Assembly (NCBI GenBank): GCA_963695555.1
Contig: CAVOGR010000008.1
Location: 1 to 53,009, forward strand
Reading direction: 5' to 3'
DNA: 53,009 bases
Origin: an uncultured Gemmatimonadales bacterium
Lineage (GTDB): Bacteria > Gemmatimonadota > Gemmatimonadetes > Gemmatimonadales > GWC2-71-9
In this document: piece by piece, positions 12,279 through 23,127 of the stretch
How the letters are laid out: each line of letters begins with the position of its first letter
Position numbering within the stretch: the stretch's first letter is position 1
Translations under genes and position numbers: made by a program
Notes under the pieces: generated by a model
Database searches by the model: none
What the model was told of the DNA's origin: nothing
What the model saw: only the letters and a program-made list of their open reading frames with translations

Positions 12279-12522
12279 TGGGACGGCTGGGATGCCGTGT
12301 CCTGTAAGGTAACGGCTGGGGGACGGGCCGGGAAACCGGCGGGCGCATACAGGCGTAGTGGTTGGGGTTAGTGGCTATCGGCTAATAGCTATCGGCTATC
12401 AGCCATCGGCCTGGACATTCCCAGTCATCCAGACCCTTGCGGGTCTTGCCCTTTCAGGGCCAGAATACGCCTTTCCACCCACCATTCCTTCCCGCGGCGC
12501 TCCGCGCCCATGAGGACCACGC

Positions 12523-15102
12523 ATGTCGATTCGCCGAATCCTGGCCTTGCTCGCCCTGGCTCTCTTGCCCGCTATAGCCGGGTGCGCCCGCCCATCCGCG
12601 TCCCAGACTCCCACGCCCAAGCAGGCGGCTGGCGAGAAGAAGGACAGCGCATTCAAGTCCATCGCCGAGGTGACCAAGTCGAGCCGGAAGCTGGAGGGGC
12701 TCTTCACGGTCTACCAGGACACCGTCACCGGGGCGCTTCAGCTGGCCCTCGATGAGTCGCAGCTTGGCAAGGAATACATCTACTTCATGCACACGGTGGA
12801 TGGAGTCACGGAAGCCGGCCATTTCCGTGGCGCCTTCCGCGGCAACAACGTCTTCACCGTCCGGCGCCATTTCGACAAACTCGAGTTCGTCGAGATCAAC
12901 TCGTCGTATTACTTCGATCCAACCAGCGCGCTCCATCGGGCGGCGGACGCAAACATCAGCCCTGCCCTGCTCGCCTCCGAGAAGATCGTTGCCCGGGACA
13001 GCGCGGGCACGGTGCTGATCAAAGCGGACGACCTCTTCCTGAAGGAGGTCTTTGCCCAGGTCAAACCTTCGCCCAACCCCAACGTCAAGCCGGGGACCCG
13101 CTTCGCCTTGGGCAACCTGAGCAAGGACAAGACCACCATCCGAGCCGTCAAGAACTACCCGCTGAACACCGATGTCATCGTCGAATACGTCTACGACAAC
13201 TCGAGCCCGATCGTGCGGGGCAGCGGCGCGGTGACCGATGCGCGGTACGTCAGCGTCGTAGTCCAGCACAGCCTGATCGAGATGCCCGAGAACGACTTCC
13301 AGCCACGCTATGACGACCCGCGCGTCGGCTACTTCTTCACCCGGCTCACCGATCTCACGTCCACCAGCGCGACCCCGTACCGCGACTTGATCGACCGATG
13401 GTACTTGAAGAAGAAGGATCCTGCGGCGGCGTTGTCCGAGCCGGTCGAACCGATCGTCTTCTGGATCGAGAACACCACCCCCGTCGAGTTCCGGGACATC
13501 ATCCGCGAGGGAGTGCTGCGCTGGAACCGGGCATACGAGAAGGCCGGCTTCACGAATGCCGTCGTGGTCAAGGTGCAGCCGGACGACGCCGACTGGGATG
13601 CAGGAGACATCCGCTACAACGTGATTCGCTGGACCTCGTCACCCAACCCGCCGTTCGGAGGCTACGGGCCGAACTTCGTCAACCCGCGCACCGGCCAGGT
13701 CCTCGGCGCGGACATCATGCTCGAATGGGTCTACATGACCAACCGGGTGCGCTACGAGAAGCTCTACGAAACCGCGGCCCTCGGCTCCGAGCCCACCGAA
13801 CTGATAGACGACCGGTTCTATTGCTCGTTGGGTCACGAACTTCACTACTCCACCCTGTTCGGCTTGCAGGCGCTCAAGGCGTACGGCGCCGGCGAGATGG
13901 AGATGAAACAGCTCACGCGGGACGGGTTGATCTCGTTGGTGCTGCACGAAGTGGGGCACACGCTCGGCCTCAACCACAACATGAAGGCGAGCACCTATCT
14001 GTCCCCTGACCAGATGCACGATAAGGACGTGACGTCCCGCATGGGCCTCACCGGCTCGGTCATGGATTATGAGAACATCAACTTGGCCAAGCCGGGCGAG
14101 CCGCAGGGCGAGTACTACACCACCACACCCGGCCCGTACGATCTCTGGGCCATCGAGTTTGGGTACTCCGAGGCGGCCTCGGATCCGGCTGCTGAAGCGA
14201 GGCGACTGGAAGCGATTCTCGCCCGCTCCACCGAGCCCGGCCTGGCGTTCGGCAACGACGCCGACGACATGCGCGCCCCGGGCCGAGCCATCGATCCGCG
14301 GGTCATGGTGGGCGACATGTCCAGCGACGCCATCGGATACATGAGTGAGCGGATCGGCTTGGTGCGCGAGGTCATGACCGGCCTCAAGGACAAGTACGCC
14401 ACGCCGGGTACGTCCTACCACGAGCTCCGCAATGCCTATCTGATCCTGACCGGCCAACACGCCAACGCGGCCACCGTGATTTCCCGGTACATCGGCGGGA
14501 TCTACGTCGACCGCGGCATGGTCCGGCAGCCGGGCGCCACCCAGCCGTTCACCCCTGTGCCGGCTGCTGAACAGCGCCGCGCCATGCAGGTCCTCCGCGA
14601 CGACCTGTTCGCTCCGAACGCGTTCGATGCGCCGGAAGGGCTCTACAACTACCTGCAGATGCAGCGCCGTGGCTTCGATTTCTTCGGCACGACCGAAGAT
14701 CCCAAAATCCACGCCCGCGCGCTCGCCATGCAGAAGAACGTGCTGGATCATCTGCTCCACCCGACGGTGCTCACCCGCATGAGCGATAGCCGGCTCTACG
14801 GCAACGGCTACACGCTGGCGGCCATGATGGGCGACCTGACCGATGTCATTTTCGCGGCCGATGCCCGCGGCAATGTGAACACGTTCCGCCAGGCCCTGCA
14901 GCTCGAGTACACGACCCGACTCGCCGGTGCGATCTCCGACGACGGCAAGAAGAAATACGACTACCCGAGCCAATCGATGGCGCTCCGCCAGTTGAAGCGG
15001 ATCGAGCAGATCGCGGCCCGGCAGTCGGGCGTGAATGTGGAGACCCGGGCGCATCGGGAGCACCTGGCCCTGCTGATTCACCAGGCACTCGACGAGGAAT
15101 GA
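12523..15102 (+). CDS. Zinc-dependent metalloprotease lipoprotein (DUF5117/DUF4953, EcxA-like)
   Basis: HEVGHTLGLNHN zinc motif, SVMDY Met-turn, DPRVGYF, lipobox IAGC. Confidence 0.9.
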   Translation: MSIRRILALLALALLPAIAGCARPSASQTPTPKQAAGEKKDSAFKSIAEVTKSSRKLEGLFTVYQDTVTGALQLALDESQLGKEYIYFMHTVDGVTEAGHFRGAFRGNNVFTVRRHFDKLEFVEINSSYYFDPTSALHRAADANISPALLASEKIVARDSAGTVLIKADDLFLKEVFAQVKPSPNPNVKPGTRFALGNLSKDKTTIRAVKNYPLNTDVIVEYVYDNSSPIVRGSGAVTDARYVSVVVQHSLIEMPENDFQPRYDDPRVGYFFTRLTDLTSTSATPYRDLIDRWYLKKKDPAAALSEPVEPIVFWIENTTPVEFRDIIREGVLRWNRAYEKAGFTNAVVVKVQPDDADWDAGDIRYNVIRWTSSPNPPFGGYGPNFVNPRTGQVLGADIMLEWVYMTNRVRYEKLYETAALGSEPTELIDDRFYCSLGHELHYSTLFGLQALKAYGAGEMEMKQLTRDGLISLVLHEVGHTLGLNHNMKASTYLSPDQMHDKDVTSRMGLTGSVMDYENINLAKPGEPQGEYYTTTPGPYDLWAIEFGYSEAASDPAAEARRLEAILARSTEPGLAFGNDADDMRAPGRAIDPRVMVGDMSSDAIGYMSERIGLVREVMTGLKDKYATPGTSYHELRNAYLILTGQHANAATVISRYIGGIYVDRGMVRQPGATQPFTPVPAAEQRRAMQVLRDDLFAPNAFDAPEGLYNYLQMQRRGFDFFGTTEDPKIHARALAMQKNVLDHLLHPTVLTRMSDSRLYGNGYTLAAMMGDLTDVIFAADARGNVNTFRQALQLEYTTRLAGAISDDGKKKYDYPSQSMALRQLKRIEQIAARQSGVNVETRAHREHLALLIHQALDEE

Positions 15103-15139
15103 TCCCCGGCGCTCCATCGGTCACGCGGCCCAGTCGTCG

Positions 15140-16483
15140 ATGACCGCTCCCGTCACTCCACGCGGCGCCTGGAAGTCGTCGGCCGGGTTCATCATCGCCG
15201 CGGTGGGCTCCGCGGTGGGGCTCGGCAACCTCTGGCGGTTCTCCTATACCGCATCGAACGGGGGCGGCGCCGCGTTCGTCGTGCTCTATCTGGTGCTGGT
15301 GCTGACCGTCGGTTTGCCCGTGCTCACCGCCGAGCTCACCGTGGGTCGGGCCACCGGCCTGAGCCCCATCCGGGCCCTCGAGCGGATCGGGGGACGCGGG
15401 TGGCGCATCGTCGGCGCCATGTTCGTGCTGCTCGGCTTCCTCATCTTCTCCTATTACTCAGTGATCATGGGCTGGACCGCCCGCATGGTGTGGGATTCCG
15501 CACGCGGTGCCATCCCGGCCGATACCGGGGCCTACTTCAGCGCCATCAGCACCGGCAAGGCGGCGGTTCTCTGGCACGCGGCCGGGATGATGCTCACCAT
15601 CTGGATTGTGCTGGGAGGCATTCGTCAGGGCATCGAGCGGGCGGCCACCATTCTCATGCCCATCCTCTTCGCGCTGTTGGTGGGACTCGCCACCTGGGCG
15701 GCCACCCTCCACGGCGGCGGGGCGGGATACGCGTTCTACTTGAAGCCCGACTTCCGCGCGCTGTTGAACCTCGACCTGATCGCCAGCGCCGCAGCCCAGG
15801 CCTTCTTCTCCCTGTCGCTCGGCATGGGGGCGATGATCACCTACGCGTCCTACATCCAGACCAAAGAACTCAATCTCCCGAAACAAGCCGGCATTATTGC
15901 CCTGTCCGACACCGCCGTGGCCTTTATCGGCGGGCTCGTGGTCTTCCCGATCATCTTCCACTTCGGCCTACAAGACAGCATCAGCTCGAGCGCCATCGGC
16001 GCTTTGTTCATCGCCCTCCCCAAGGCGTTCCACTCGCTGGTCCCGGGCGGGGCGCTCATCGGCACCATCTTCTTCATCGCGCTCTACATCGCGGCCCTGA
16101 CCTCCGCCATCTCCCTGCTCGAGGTGGTGGTCGCGGGCATCATCGATGCATGGGGTTGGTCGCGCGAGCAGGCGGCGCTCATCGCCGGCGGGGCCATCCT
16201 CCTGGTCGGCATCCCGTCGGCCCTCAGCCTCGATTGGATGGGGTTCCTGGACAAGTTCCTCGGTGAGGCCATGCTGGCCGTGGGCGGGATCCTGATCGCC
16301 ATCCTGGCCGGATGGGTCTGGTCGGAGGGAGCCGATGCGGAATTGGCCCACGGGTTTCCCTACCCTGCACTGCGTCGGACCTGGATCTGGCTCCTGCGCC
16401 TGTTCATCCCGGTGATCTTGGCTGCGGTGGCCTACACCACATTCAAGCAGGTGGTGCCGCTGGCGCGGGCGTTGGTGGGATGA
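15140..16483 (+). CDS. Sodium-dependent transporter, NSS/SNF family
   Basis: GSAVGLGNLWRF, GGGAAF and QAFFSLSLGMG motifs. Confidence 0.93.
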   Translation: MTAPVTPRGAWKSSAGFIIAAVGSAVGLGNLWRFSYTASNGGGAAFVVLYLVLVLTVGLPVLTAELTVGRATGLSPIRALERIGGRGWRIVGAMFVLLGFLIFSYYSVIMGWTARMVWDSARGAIPADTGAYFSAISTGKAAVLWHAAGMMLTIWIVLGGIRQGIERAATILMPILFALLVGLATWAATLHGGGAGYAFYLKPDFRALLNLDLIASAAAQAFFSLSLGMGAMITYASYIQTKELNLPKQAGIIALSDTAVAFIGGLVVFPIIFHFGLQDSISSSAIGALFIALPKAFHSLVPGGALIGTIFFIALYIAALTSAISLLEVVVAGIIDAWGWSREQAALIAGGAILLVGIPSALSLDWMGFLDKFLGEAMLAVGGILIAILAGWVWSEGADAELAHGFPYPALRRTWIWLLRLFIPVILAAVAYTTFKQVVPLARALVG

Positions 16484-16584
16484 GGGCAGGAACGTCGGTG
16501 GTAGGCTGGAGTAGGTAGGTGGTGTGTTGAGGGGAGGTGCTCCTCCCTACCCTCCTACTCACAACCCTCCTCCCACCTCCCGTC

Positions 16585-16959
16585 CTACTTCACCCCCCGC
16601 ACCTTCCAGTCCCCGTCCACTTTCACCAGGGTGAGCCGGATCTTGTTCGGGTCGCGATCCTTGAACGCGATCTCGAGCCTGACGTCCGCGCGATCGTCGT
16701 TCACGGTTTCCTCCACGACCTCGACACTTTCCACCCCGCCGGTCAGGTCGATGCCCGCCGCGATCACCCGGAATGCCATCTCCTCCAAGGCCTTCGAGTC
16801 GCCGCCCAGTTGGAGGTCGGACAGGTCCATGGCGGCCTCGGTATCGCCTCGGTTGAGTGCGTTCACGAAGTCGACGGCGGTGTCCCCGGGCCGGTGGCCC
16901 CAGCCGCAGGACGCAAGTGTCAGGGTGACGGCAATGAGCAGCTCATGAACGCGTGACAT
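16585..16959 (-). CDS. Small lipoprotein, NTF2-like/DUF4878
   Basis: Lipobox LASC; C-terminus LVKVDGDWKV. Confidence 0.65.
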   Translation of the reverse strand: MSRVHELLIAVTLTLASCGWGHRPGDTAVDFVNALNRGDTEAAMDLSDLQLGGDSKALEEMAFRVIAAGIDLTGGVESVEVVEETVNDDRADVRLEIAFKDRDPNKIRLTLVKVDGDWKVRGVK

Positions 16960-16975
16960 GGATAGTGCGCTCCCT

Positions 16976-19900
16976 TTAGGTCGCGGGATGGGGGTCGGCT
17001 TCCGTGGCGAACCCGGCTGGTTCCGCCGCCGGCTCGGGTCGGCCCGTCGACTCGGCACGCGGCGTCGGGGTGAACGCCCGGTCCGCCTGATAGATGAAGG
17101 CCCGGGCAAGCCAGTCCTCGGCATCGTCGATCAAGGAAAACATAACCGGCACGAGCACCAAGGTGATGATGGTCGCGAAGGTGAGGCCCGCGATTACGGC
17201 GATGGCCATCGGTCCCCACCAGGCCGCCTGGATACCGCCCCAATAGAGTTCCGGCTCGAGCCGACTGTAGAGCCCTTCGAAATCGAAGTTCAGCCCGATG
17301 GCGAGCGGAACCAGGCCAAGCACAGTCGTAATCGCCGTGAGCACCACAGGCCGGAATCGGGTCATGCCGCCGCGGACCAAGGACTCGATCCGGCCCAGGC
17401 CGTCACGCTGCCTGAGGATGTTGATGTAGTCGATGAGGACGATCGCATTGTTCACCACCACCCCTGCCAGGCTGATGACGCCCACCCCGCTCATGATGAT
17501 GCCAAACGGCATGCGAAAGACCAAGAGCCCGAGCAGCACCCCGATCGTCGAGAGAACGACCGAACTCAGGATGATGATCGGCTTGAAGACGGAGTTGAAC
17601 TGGGACACCAGAATGAAGCCCATGAGCATGATGGCCGTGATGAAGGCCCCCGTGAGGAAGGCTTGGGATTCGTCCTGCTCCTCCTGCTGGCCGGTGTAGC
17701 GAAGCTGGTATCCGGACGGCAGCGCTCGGGCGAAGGCGGCTGCCGTCTCCTGGACCTCGGCCAGCGTGGTGTTGGCGTTGAACCCCGCGCGCATATCCGC
17801 GCTCACCGTCACCACGCGATCGAGATCACTCCGGTTGATACCGGCGAAGCCCTCGCCCACGTCCCAGTGAGCCACTGAGGACAGCGGCACCTGAACCCCG
17901 ACCGGGCTCGCGACGGCGAGATCGGCCAGGGCCGAGAGATCCTCCCGGTAGGCCTTGGCCAGCCGGACGGTGATGTCGTACTCGTCCTCGCCGTCGCGGT
18001 AGGTCGACGCCTCGGTGCCGTTGATGGCGCTCCGGACGGTCATGCCAACGGCCTGGGTGCTCAAGCCATAGAGGGCCGCCCGTTCACGGTCGACGGTGAT
18101 GACCAGCTCGGGCTGACCCTCGGCCATGTCGCTCTCGAGCCCGTCCAGCTTGGCGAACACCGGCGATCGTTCGAGCAAGGAGACCAGCGCGTTCCCGAGG
18201 GTGCGAAGCGTGTCGGGGCTCGGACCCACGATCTCGACGCTGATGGGCGCCCCGGTCGGTGGTCCCTCCTGCGGTTTCTCGACCGAGATGTCGGCCCCCG
18301 CGATCTCGGAGCCCAAGGTCCGGCGCATGCGCTCGATGGTGGTCAGCGCGTCTCTGGAGCGGTCTTGGTAGTCGATGAAGTTGACCGACACGGTCGCGAG
18401 ATGGCTGCCCTCCGTGCCGGCGTCCATGCCGCTCGTGGTCTTACTGCCGGCGGTGGTCACCACCGATTCGAAGTCTTCCCGGCCCTCGATGGTGCTGAGC
18501 CGCGACTCGATCCGACCGGCGATGGTGTCCACCTGTTCGAGCCGGGTGCCGATCGGCGCCTCGATTTGGACGTAGACCGTCTCCGGCGGGATGTCCTCCG
18601 GGAAAAACTCGATGCCCGAGTTGAAGACCGCGAAGCTGAGCAGCGCCAGCACTAGCGCGCCGACCGCGACGAGCATCATGCGGAGCCGGTGCGCGAGGGC
18701 CCACTCGAGCACGCGCTGGTAGCGTTCGAGAATTGCCGGGAGTCCGTGGTTCATGAACCAATGGCCACTCGGGTGGATGACGCGCCGGTTGAGCAATGCC
18801 AGGAGCCCGATGGTGAGGGCCAGGAGTATCGTGGTCAGGGGTTTGGTTGCAAGACCTACCACCGCCAGGAGCGCCGCCGCGACGACGGCCACGCGGTAAG
18901 CGTTCGGTGTGAGGCCGCGGGCGGGCTCGTCCTCCACTGCGAGAAAGAGCGAGCACAAGGTCGGCACGATAACCAGGGCCACGAACAGCGACGACGAGAG
19001 CGTGGTGATGAGCGTGATCGGCAGGTAGGCCATGAACTCGCCCACGATACCGGTCCAGAACAGGAGCGGCGAGAACGCGGCTAGGGTCGTCGCCGTCGAG
19101 GCGATGACCGGCATGGCGACTTCCGCGGTCGCAAACTTCGCGGCCGATGCGCGGTCATAGCCCTGCTCGCGAAAGCGGTAGATGTTCTCGACCACCACGA
19201 TCGCGTTGTCGACCAACATGCCGAGCGACAGGATGAGGCTGAAGAGCACCACCATGTTGATGGTGACGCCGATCCCACGGATGACAATGAAGGACAGCAA
19301 CATCGACAGCGGGATGGCGAGCCCGACGAACCACGCCGTCCGAAGGCCGAGGAAGAACACCAGCACCCCGACGACCAGGATGACGCCCGAGATAATGTTG
19401 TTTTCGAGGCTCGCGACCATCTCTTGAATGGCCTCGGACTGGTCGGCAGTGATGGTCACCTCGGTGCCGGGCGGAAACGTCGGGCGCTGGGCCTCGATGA
19501 CGGCCCGCACCGCGTCGGCCGTCTCGATGATGTTCTCCCCCGCCCGTTTCGACACGCCGAGCGAGACCACGGGGCTGCCGTTGAAGCGGGCGATGGTTTC
19601 CCGGTCCTTGAATCCGAAGCTGACCGTCGCCACGTCGCGGACGTAGATGGCCCGGCCGCCCCGGCTTTCGATGACGATGTCGGCGATGGGTGCGGGGGTG
19701 GTGAATTCGCCGGGTACGCGGGTCAGGTACTTCATCTGGCCCACGTCGATCGAGCCACCGGGCACTGTGACGTTCTCGCGCCGGATCGCGGCAATTACCT
19801 GGTCGAAGGACAGCCCGTACAGCTTGAGCTTGGGCAGGTCCACGTCCACCTGAACCTCGCGTTCGAGCCCGCCCGACAAACTGACTTCCAGGACCGACGG

Positions 19901-20461
19901 GATCTGCTCGAGCTCGTCCTGCAGGTCTTCCGCCACCCGACGAAGGCGCACCAGGCCATAGGGGCCGGCCACGTTGACCGCCATGATGGGGAATTCCGAC
20001 AGGTTGATCTCGAAAATGCCGGGTTCTTCGGCGTCCTCCGGCAAGTCAGGTTTTGCCAGGTCGACCTTCTCCCGCACTTGCTGCAACGCCTCGGTCATGT
20101 CGACATCGGAGTCGAACTCGACCACGATGCTCGAATATCCCTCGACCGATACCGAGGTGATGTCTTTGACGTCGTTGATCGTGTTGAGGTCTTCCTCGAT
20201 GATCCGAGTGATGAGCGACTCGACGTCTTTGGGTGCGAATCCCGGCGCGACGGTGTTCACGACGATGTTCGGGATCACGATCTCCGGGAACGATTCCTTG
20301 GGAACCCGGCGATAGGACACAAAGCCCATGATGATGACGAGGAACGTCATCACCAGAACGGTCGTTGGGTGGTCGATGGAGAACGACGTGAGCCAGAACT
20401 GCTTGAACTTCCCGGTATCCGGCGGCGGCGGCGGTCGGTCCCCTGGAACCGGATCGGTCAT
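16976..20461 (-). CDS. RND efflux transporter permease (AcrB/AcrD/AcrF family)
   Basis: GMLVDNAIVVVEN, GVVVNNAIVLID and TRFRPVVLT motifs. Confidence 0.95.
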   Translation of the reverse strand: MTDPVPGDRPPPPPDTGKFKQFWLTSFSIDHPTTVLVMTFLVIIMGFVSYRRVPKESFPEIVIPNIVVNTVAPGFAPKDVESLITRIIEEDLNTINDVKDITSVSVEGYSSIVVEFDSDVDMTEALQQVREKVDLAKPDLPEDAEEPGIFEINLSEFPIMAVNVAGPYGLVRLRRVAEDLQDELEQIPSVLEVSLSGGLEREVQVDVDLPKLKLYGLSFDQVIAAIRRENVTVPGGSIDVGQMKYLTRVPGEFTTPAPIADIVIESRGGRAIYVRDVATVSFGFKDRETIARFNGSPVVSLGVSKRAGENIIETADAVRAVIEAQRPTFPPGTEVTITADQSEAIQEMVASLENNIISGVILVVGVLVFFLGLRTAWFVGLAIPLSMLLSFIVIRGIGVTINMVVLFSLILSLGMLVDNAIVVVENIYRFREQGYDRASAAKFATAEVAMPVIASTATTLAAFSPLLFWTGIVGEFMAYLPITLITTLSSSLFVALVIVPTLCSLFLAVEDEPARGLTPNAYRVAVVAAALLAVVGLATKPLTTILLALTIGLLALLNRRVIHPSGHWFMNHGLPAILERYQRVLEWALAHRLRMMLVAVGALVLALLSFAVFNSGIEFFPEDIPPETVYVQIEAPIGTRLEQVDTIAGRIESRLSTIEGREDFESVVTTAGSKTTSGMDAGTEGSHLATVSVNFIDYQDRSRDALTTIERMRRTLGSEIAGADISVEKPQEGPPTGAPISVEIVGPSPDTLRTLGNALVSLLERSPVFAKLDGLESDMAEGQPELVITVDRERAALYGLSTQAVGMTVRSAINGTEASTYRDGEDEYDITVRLAKAYREDLSALADLAVASPVGVQVPLSSVAHWDVGEGFAGINRSDLDRVVTVSADMRAGFNANTTLAEVQETAAAFARALPSGYQLRYTGQQEEQDESQAFLTGAFITAIMLMGFILVSQFNSVFKPIIILSSVVLSTIGVLLGLLVFRMPFGIIMSGVGVISLAGVVVNNAIVLIDYINILRQRDGLGRIESLVRGGMTRFRPVVLTAITTVLGLVPLAIGLNFDFEGLYSRLEPELYWGGIQAAWWGPMAIAVIAGLTFATIITLVLVPVMFSLIDDAEDWLARAFIYQADRAFTPTPRAESTGRPEPAAEPAGFATEADPHPAT

Positions 20462-21618
20462 TGGCCCGCCTCCACCCGAGTGGCCGAATCGGACGGACCT
20501 TTCTCTACATTTACCACACGGATGAGGCTGCCGTCGTCCACCAGCTGCTGCCCCAGCGTGATCAGCCTCGCGCCGGGCTCGAGGCCCGACTCGATGACGA
20601 CCTGGTTGGCGTAGCTCGGACCTACCGTGACGGCGTGCATCTTCGCCACCGGCCTCCCATCCGCCGAGTCCGCCAGCACCACTTGGTAGCCGTCCTCGGT
20701 CCGGAGCACCGCGGTTTGGGGCACGACGATGACGTCGTCCAGCCGCTGCCGTACCACCCGCAGGTCGGCGATCATCTGGGGCTTGACGAGGCGCTCGGGG
20801 TTCCGGATCACCACCTCGATCGGGAAGGTCCGGTTTGCCTCGTTCACGCTGGTCCCGACGAAGGCGATCCGGCCGTAGAACTCGCGGCCCGGCAGCACAT
20901 CGAACGTGATCCGTGCCGTATCCGCGCGCCGGACGAACGCAGCGTAACGCTCCGGGATCCCGGCAGTCACTTTGATCGGATTCGTGGTGACGACGCGTGC
21001 GACCGGATCGCCGACACCGGCATACTCACCGGCCTCCAAGAACTTCTGGTCGAAGACGCCGTCGATCGGCGAGCGGACCTTGGTGCGCTCGAGCCGGCTC
21101 GCCAGCGTGGCCAACCGGGCGTCGGCCATCTCCGCGTCGTACTTCGCCCGCAGAAACGCGATCTCGGTTCCGATCCGCTCGACTTCCCACAGACGCCGCT
21201 GCCGTTCGAATTGTTCCCCTGCTAAGGCCGCCGCGGCCCGCGCCTCGGCCACCTGGGCCTCGAGAACGCCAGAGTCGAGCTCGGCGATGACGCCCCCCAC
21301 CGAGACCCGGGCACCGCGCGGCACGAGATATCGGCTGATAGCACCGCCTTCATCGGCGGAAATGGTCACGTCCCGGTACGCCTCCACCGATCCGGCCACC
21401 CGGATGGAATCGATGAACCCGCCCCGCTCAACCGGCGTCACCTCGACATTGATGACGCGCCGGCCGTCGTTGGCTTCCGCCCCTTGCTCGCTCTGGCGGT
21501 CTTCGCCCGCCGCCGCGCATCCCGCCGCCGCCATGGTGGCGAGCACCACGGCCAGCACCGCACGAGGCGCAGGGCGCGGTGTGTTGTTTCGTTGGTTGAT
21601 GCTCGTGTGCACGCTCAA
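20458..21618 (-). CDS. RND periplasmic adaptor (membrane fusion protein)
   Basis: Lipoyl/hairpin pattern, RSPIDG motif, operon position. Confidence 0.92.
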   Translation of the reverse strand: MSVHTSINQRNNTPRPAPRAVLAVVLATMAAAGCAAAGEDRQSEQGAEANDGRRVINVEVTPVERGGFIDSIRVAGSVEAYRDVTISADEGGAISRYLVPRGARVSVGGVIAELDSGVLEAQVAEARAAAALAGEQFERQRRLWEVERIGTEIAFLRAKYDAEMADARLATLASRLERTKVRSPIDGVFDQKFLEAGEYAGVGDPVARVVTTNPIKVTAGIPERYAAFVRRADTARITFDVLPGREFYGRIAFVGTSVNEANRTFPIEVVIRNPERLVKPQMIADLRVVRQRLDDVIVVPQTAVLRTEDGYQVVLADSADGRPVAKMHAVTVGPSYANQVVIESGLEPGARLITLGQQLVDDGSLIRVVNVEKGPSDSATRVEAGQ

Positions 21619-21621
21619 CTC

Positions 21622-23127
21622 CTAGTCCGGCACGCCGGCTTGTTCCAACCGGTCCAGGTCGGCCAGCGATTCCGGGGCGGTCCCGACGGTGGCATCGAGA
21701 TTGGCCAGCGCCGAGAGGTAGTCATAGACGGCCTGCGCGTAGTTGAATTCCGATTGCCGGAGCGCCACCTCCGCGTCGGTCACCTGGAGTTGTGAGCCGA
21801 CGCCTTCGCGATATTCGGTGGACGCGATCTGGAAGCCACGTTCGGCCTGGTCCACCGCTCGGCGCTGCGCGATCGCCCGGAGCCGAGTCTCTCCAACCTG
21901 GTCCATCAACGTCTGGATGTCGCTCGACGTCTCGTGCTCCAGCCGGGCGACCTGCGCGTCGATCTGATCGATGAGGGCGCGGGTCTGCGACATCCTGGCG
22001 GCACGCTGAAACCCCTGGAAGATCGGAAGCTCGACCCGAAGCCCCGCCACCGCGGAAGTGGTGCGCTGGTTTGACCGGCCGAAGAAGTTGAGCGGGTCGT
22101 TTTGCTGGGCCGTGATGTCGTAGCTTCCAAAGATTGAAAGCTTGGGGAAGTACTCCGAGCGCTGTGAAGCGAGCTGGGCGTGCCTCACGTCCGAGTTCAA
22201 CCGGAGTTCCCGAATGTCCGACCGTTGGTCGAGCGCGGTCCGGTGGAGATCGGTCGGGGCCAATTCCCCAATTGCGGGATTCCCGGCCAGCGCCAGCAGG
22301 CTGGCGTTGGTGGCATCGTTAGCGGCGGGATCTTCGAGATCCAACTCGTACAGGCTCCCCTCGAGCACAATCGGAGCCGTCGGCTCGAGACCCATCTCGA
22401 CCAACAGCGCCCGAGCGGCAGCCGCGGCACGCTGTTCGGCACGCAGTTGGTTCGGCTCCAGGTTGGACAATTGCACTTCGAGGCGTAACACGTCGTAGTC
22501 GCTCGCCAGGCCGGCACGATTGAGCGCACGGGTTTCGGCCAGGCTTTGACGCGTACGTTCGATCGTTTCCCGGGTGAGCCGCACCTCCTCCGACGCGAGG
22601 AGCGCGTTGAAGTAGGCCCGACGCACGGCGGAGACGACACGTTGCGCGGTGCCCCGGTAGTGCTCGTTCTCGACCCCGCGGAACCGGTCGGCTGCACTCA
22701 ATCCGATGAAGACATCGAGCTGAAACAGCGGCTGTTCAACCGACACGCCGGCGCTCCAGATATTGTCCGAGCCAAACCGCACCGGCCGCAATTCGTTCGG
22801 CGAGGCGGTGCTGTCGAACAGGAATGCCGGCAGGAACGCTTGTTGAACCTTGATGTTCCGGGCATACCGCGCGGTGGTCGCAATGTCCGGCATGATGCTG
22901 CCCCACGCCTCACGCACCCGCTGATCGGCACCACGCACGCGCGCCTCGGCTTCTCTGAGCAGCGGACTCTTGCTCAGTGCCAGCCGGAGCGCCTCACGGA
23001 GTGAATAGCTGGCCGGCTCTGCCGTCGTCTGTGCCACAGTGTGCTGCAACGGTACGGTGAACAGGAGGGCGGCCAGGAGCGCGATGCCCCGGCGTCGTAT
23101 CCGAGACAGGTTCGCCGCTGCGTTCAT
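21622..23127 (-). CDS. TolC-family outer membrane efflux protein
   Basis: Two OEP repeats (YFPKLS; YREGVGSQLQVTDAE). Confidence 0.92.
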   Translation of the reverse strand: MNAAANLSRIRRRGIALLAALLFTVPLQHTVAQTTAEPASYSLREALRLALSKSPLLREAEARVRGADQRVREAWGSIMPDIATTARYARNIKVQQAFLPAFLFDSTASPNELRPVRFGSDNIWSAGVSVEQPLFQLDVFIGLSAADRFRGVENEHYRGTAQRVVSAVRRAYFNALLASEEVRLTRETIERTRQSLAETRALNRAGLASDYDVLRLEVQLSNLEPNQLRAEQRAAAAARALLVEMGLEPTAPIVLEGSLYELDLEDPAANDATNASLLALAGNPAIGELAPTDLHRTALDQRSDIRELRLNSDVRHAQLASQRSEYFPKLSIFGSYDITAQQNDPLNFFGRSNQRTTSAVAGLRVELPIFQGFQRAARMSQTRALIDQIDAQVARLEHETSSDIQTLMDQVGETRLRAIAQRRAVDQAERGFQIASTEYREGVGSQLQVTDAEVALRQSEFNYAQAVYDYLSALANLDATVGTAPESLADLDRLEQAGVPD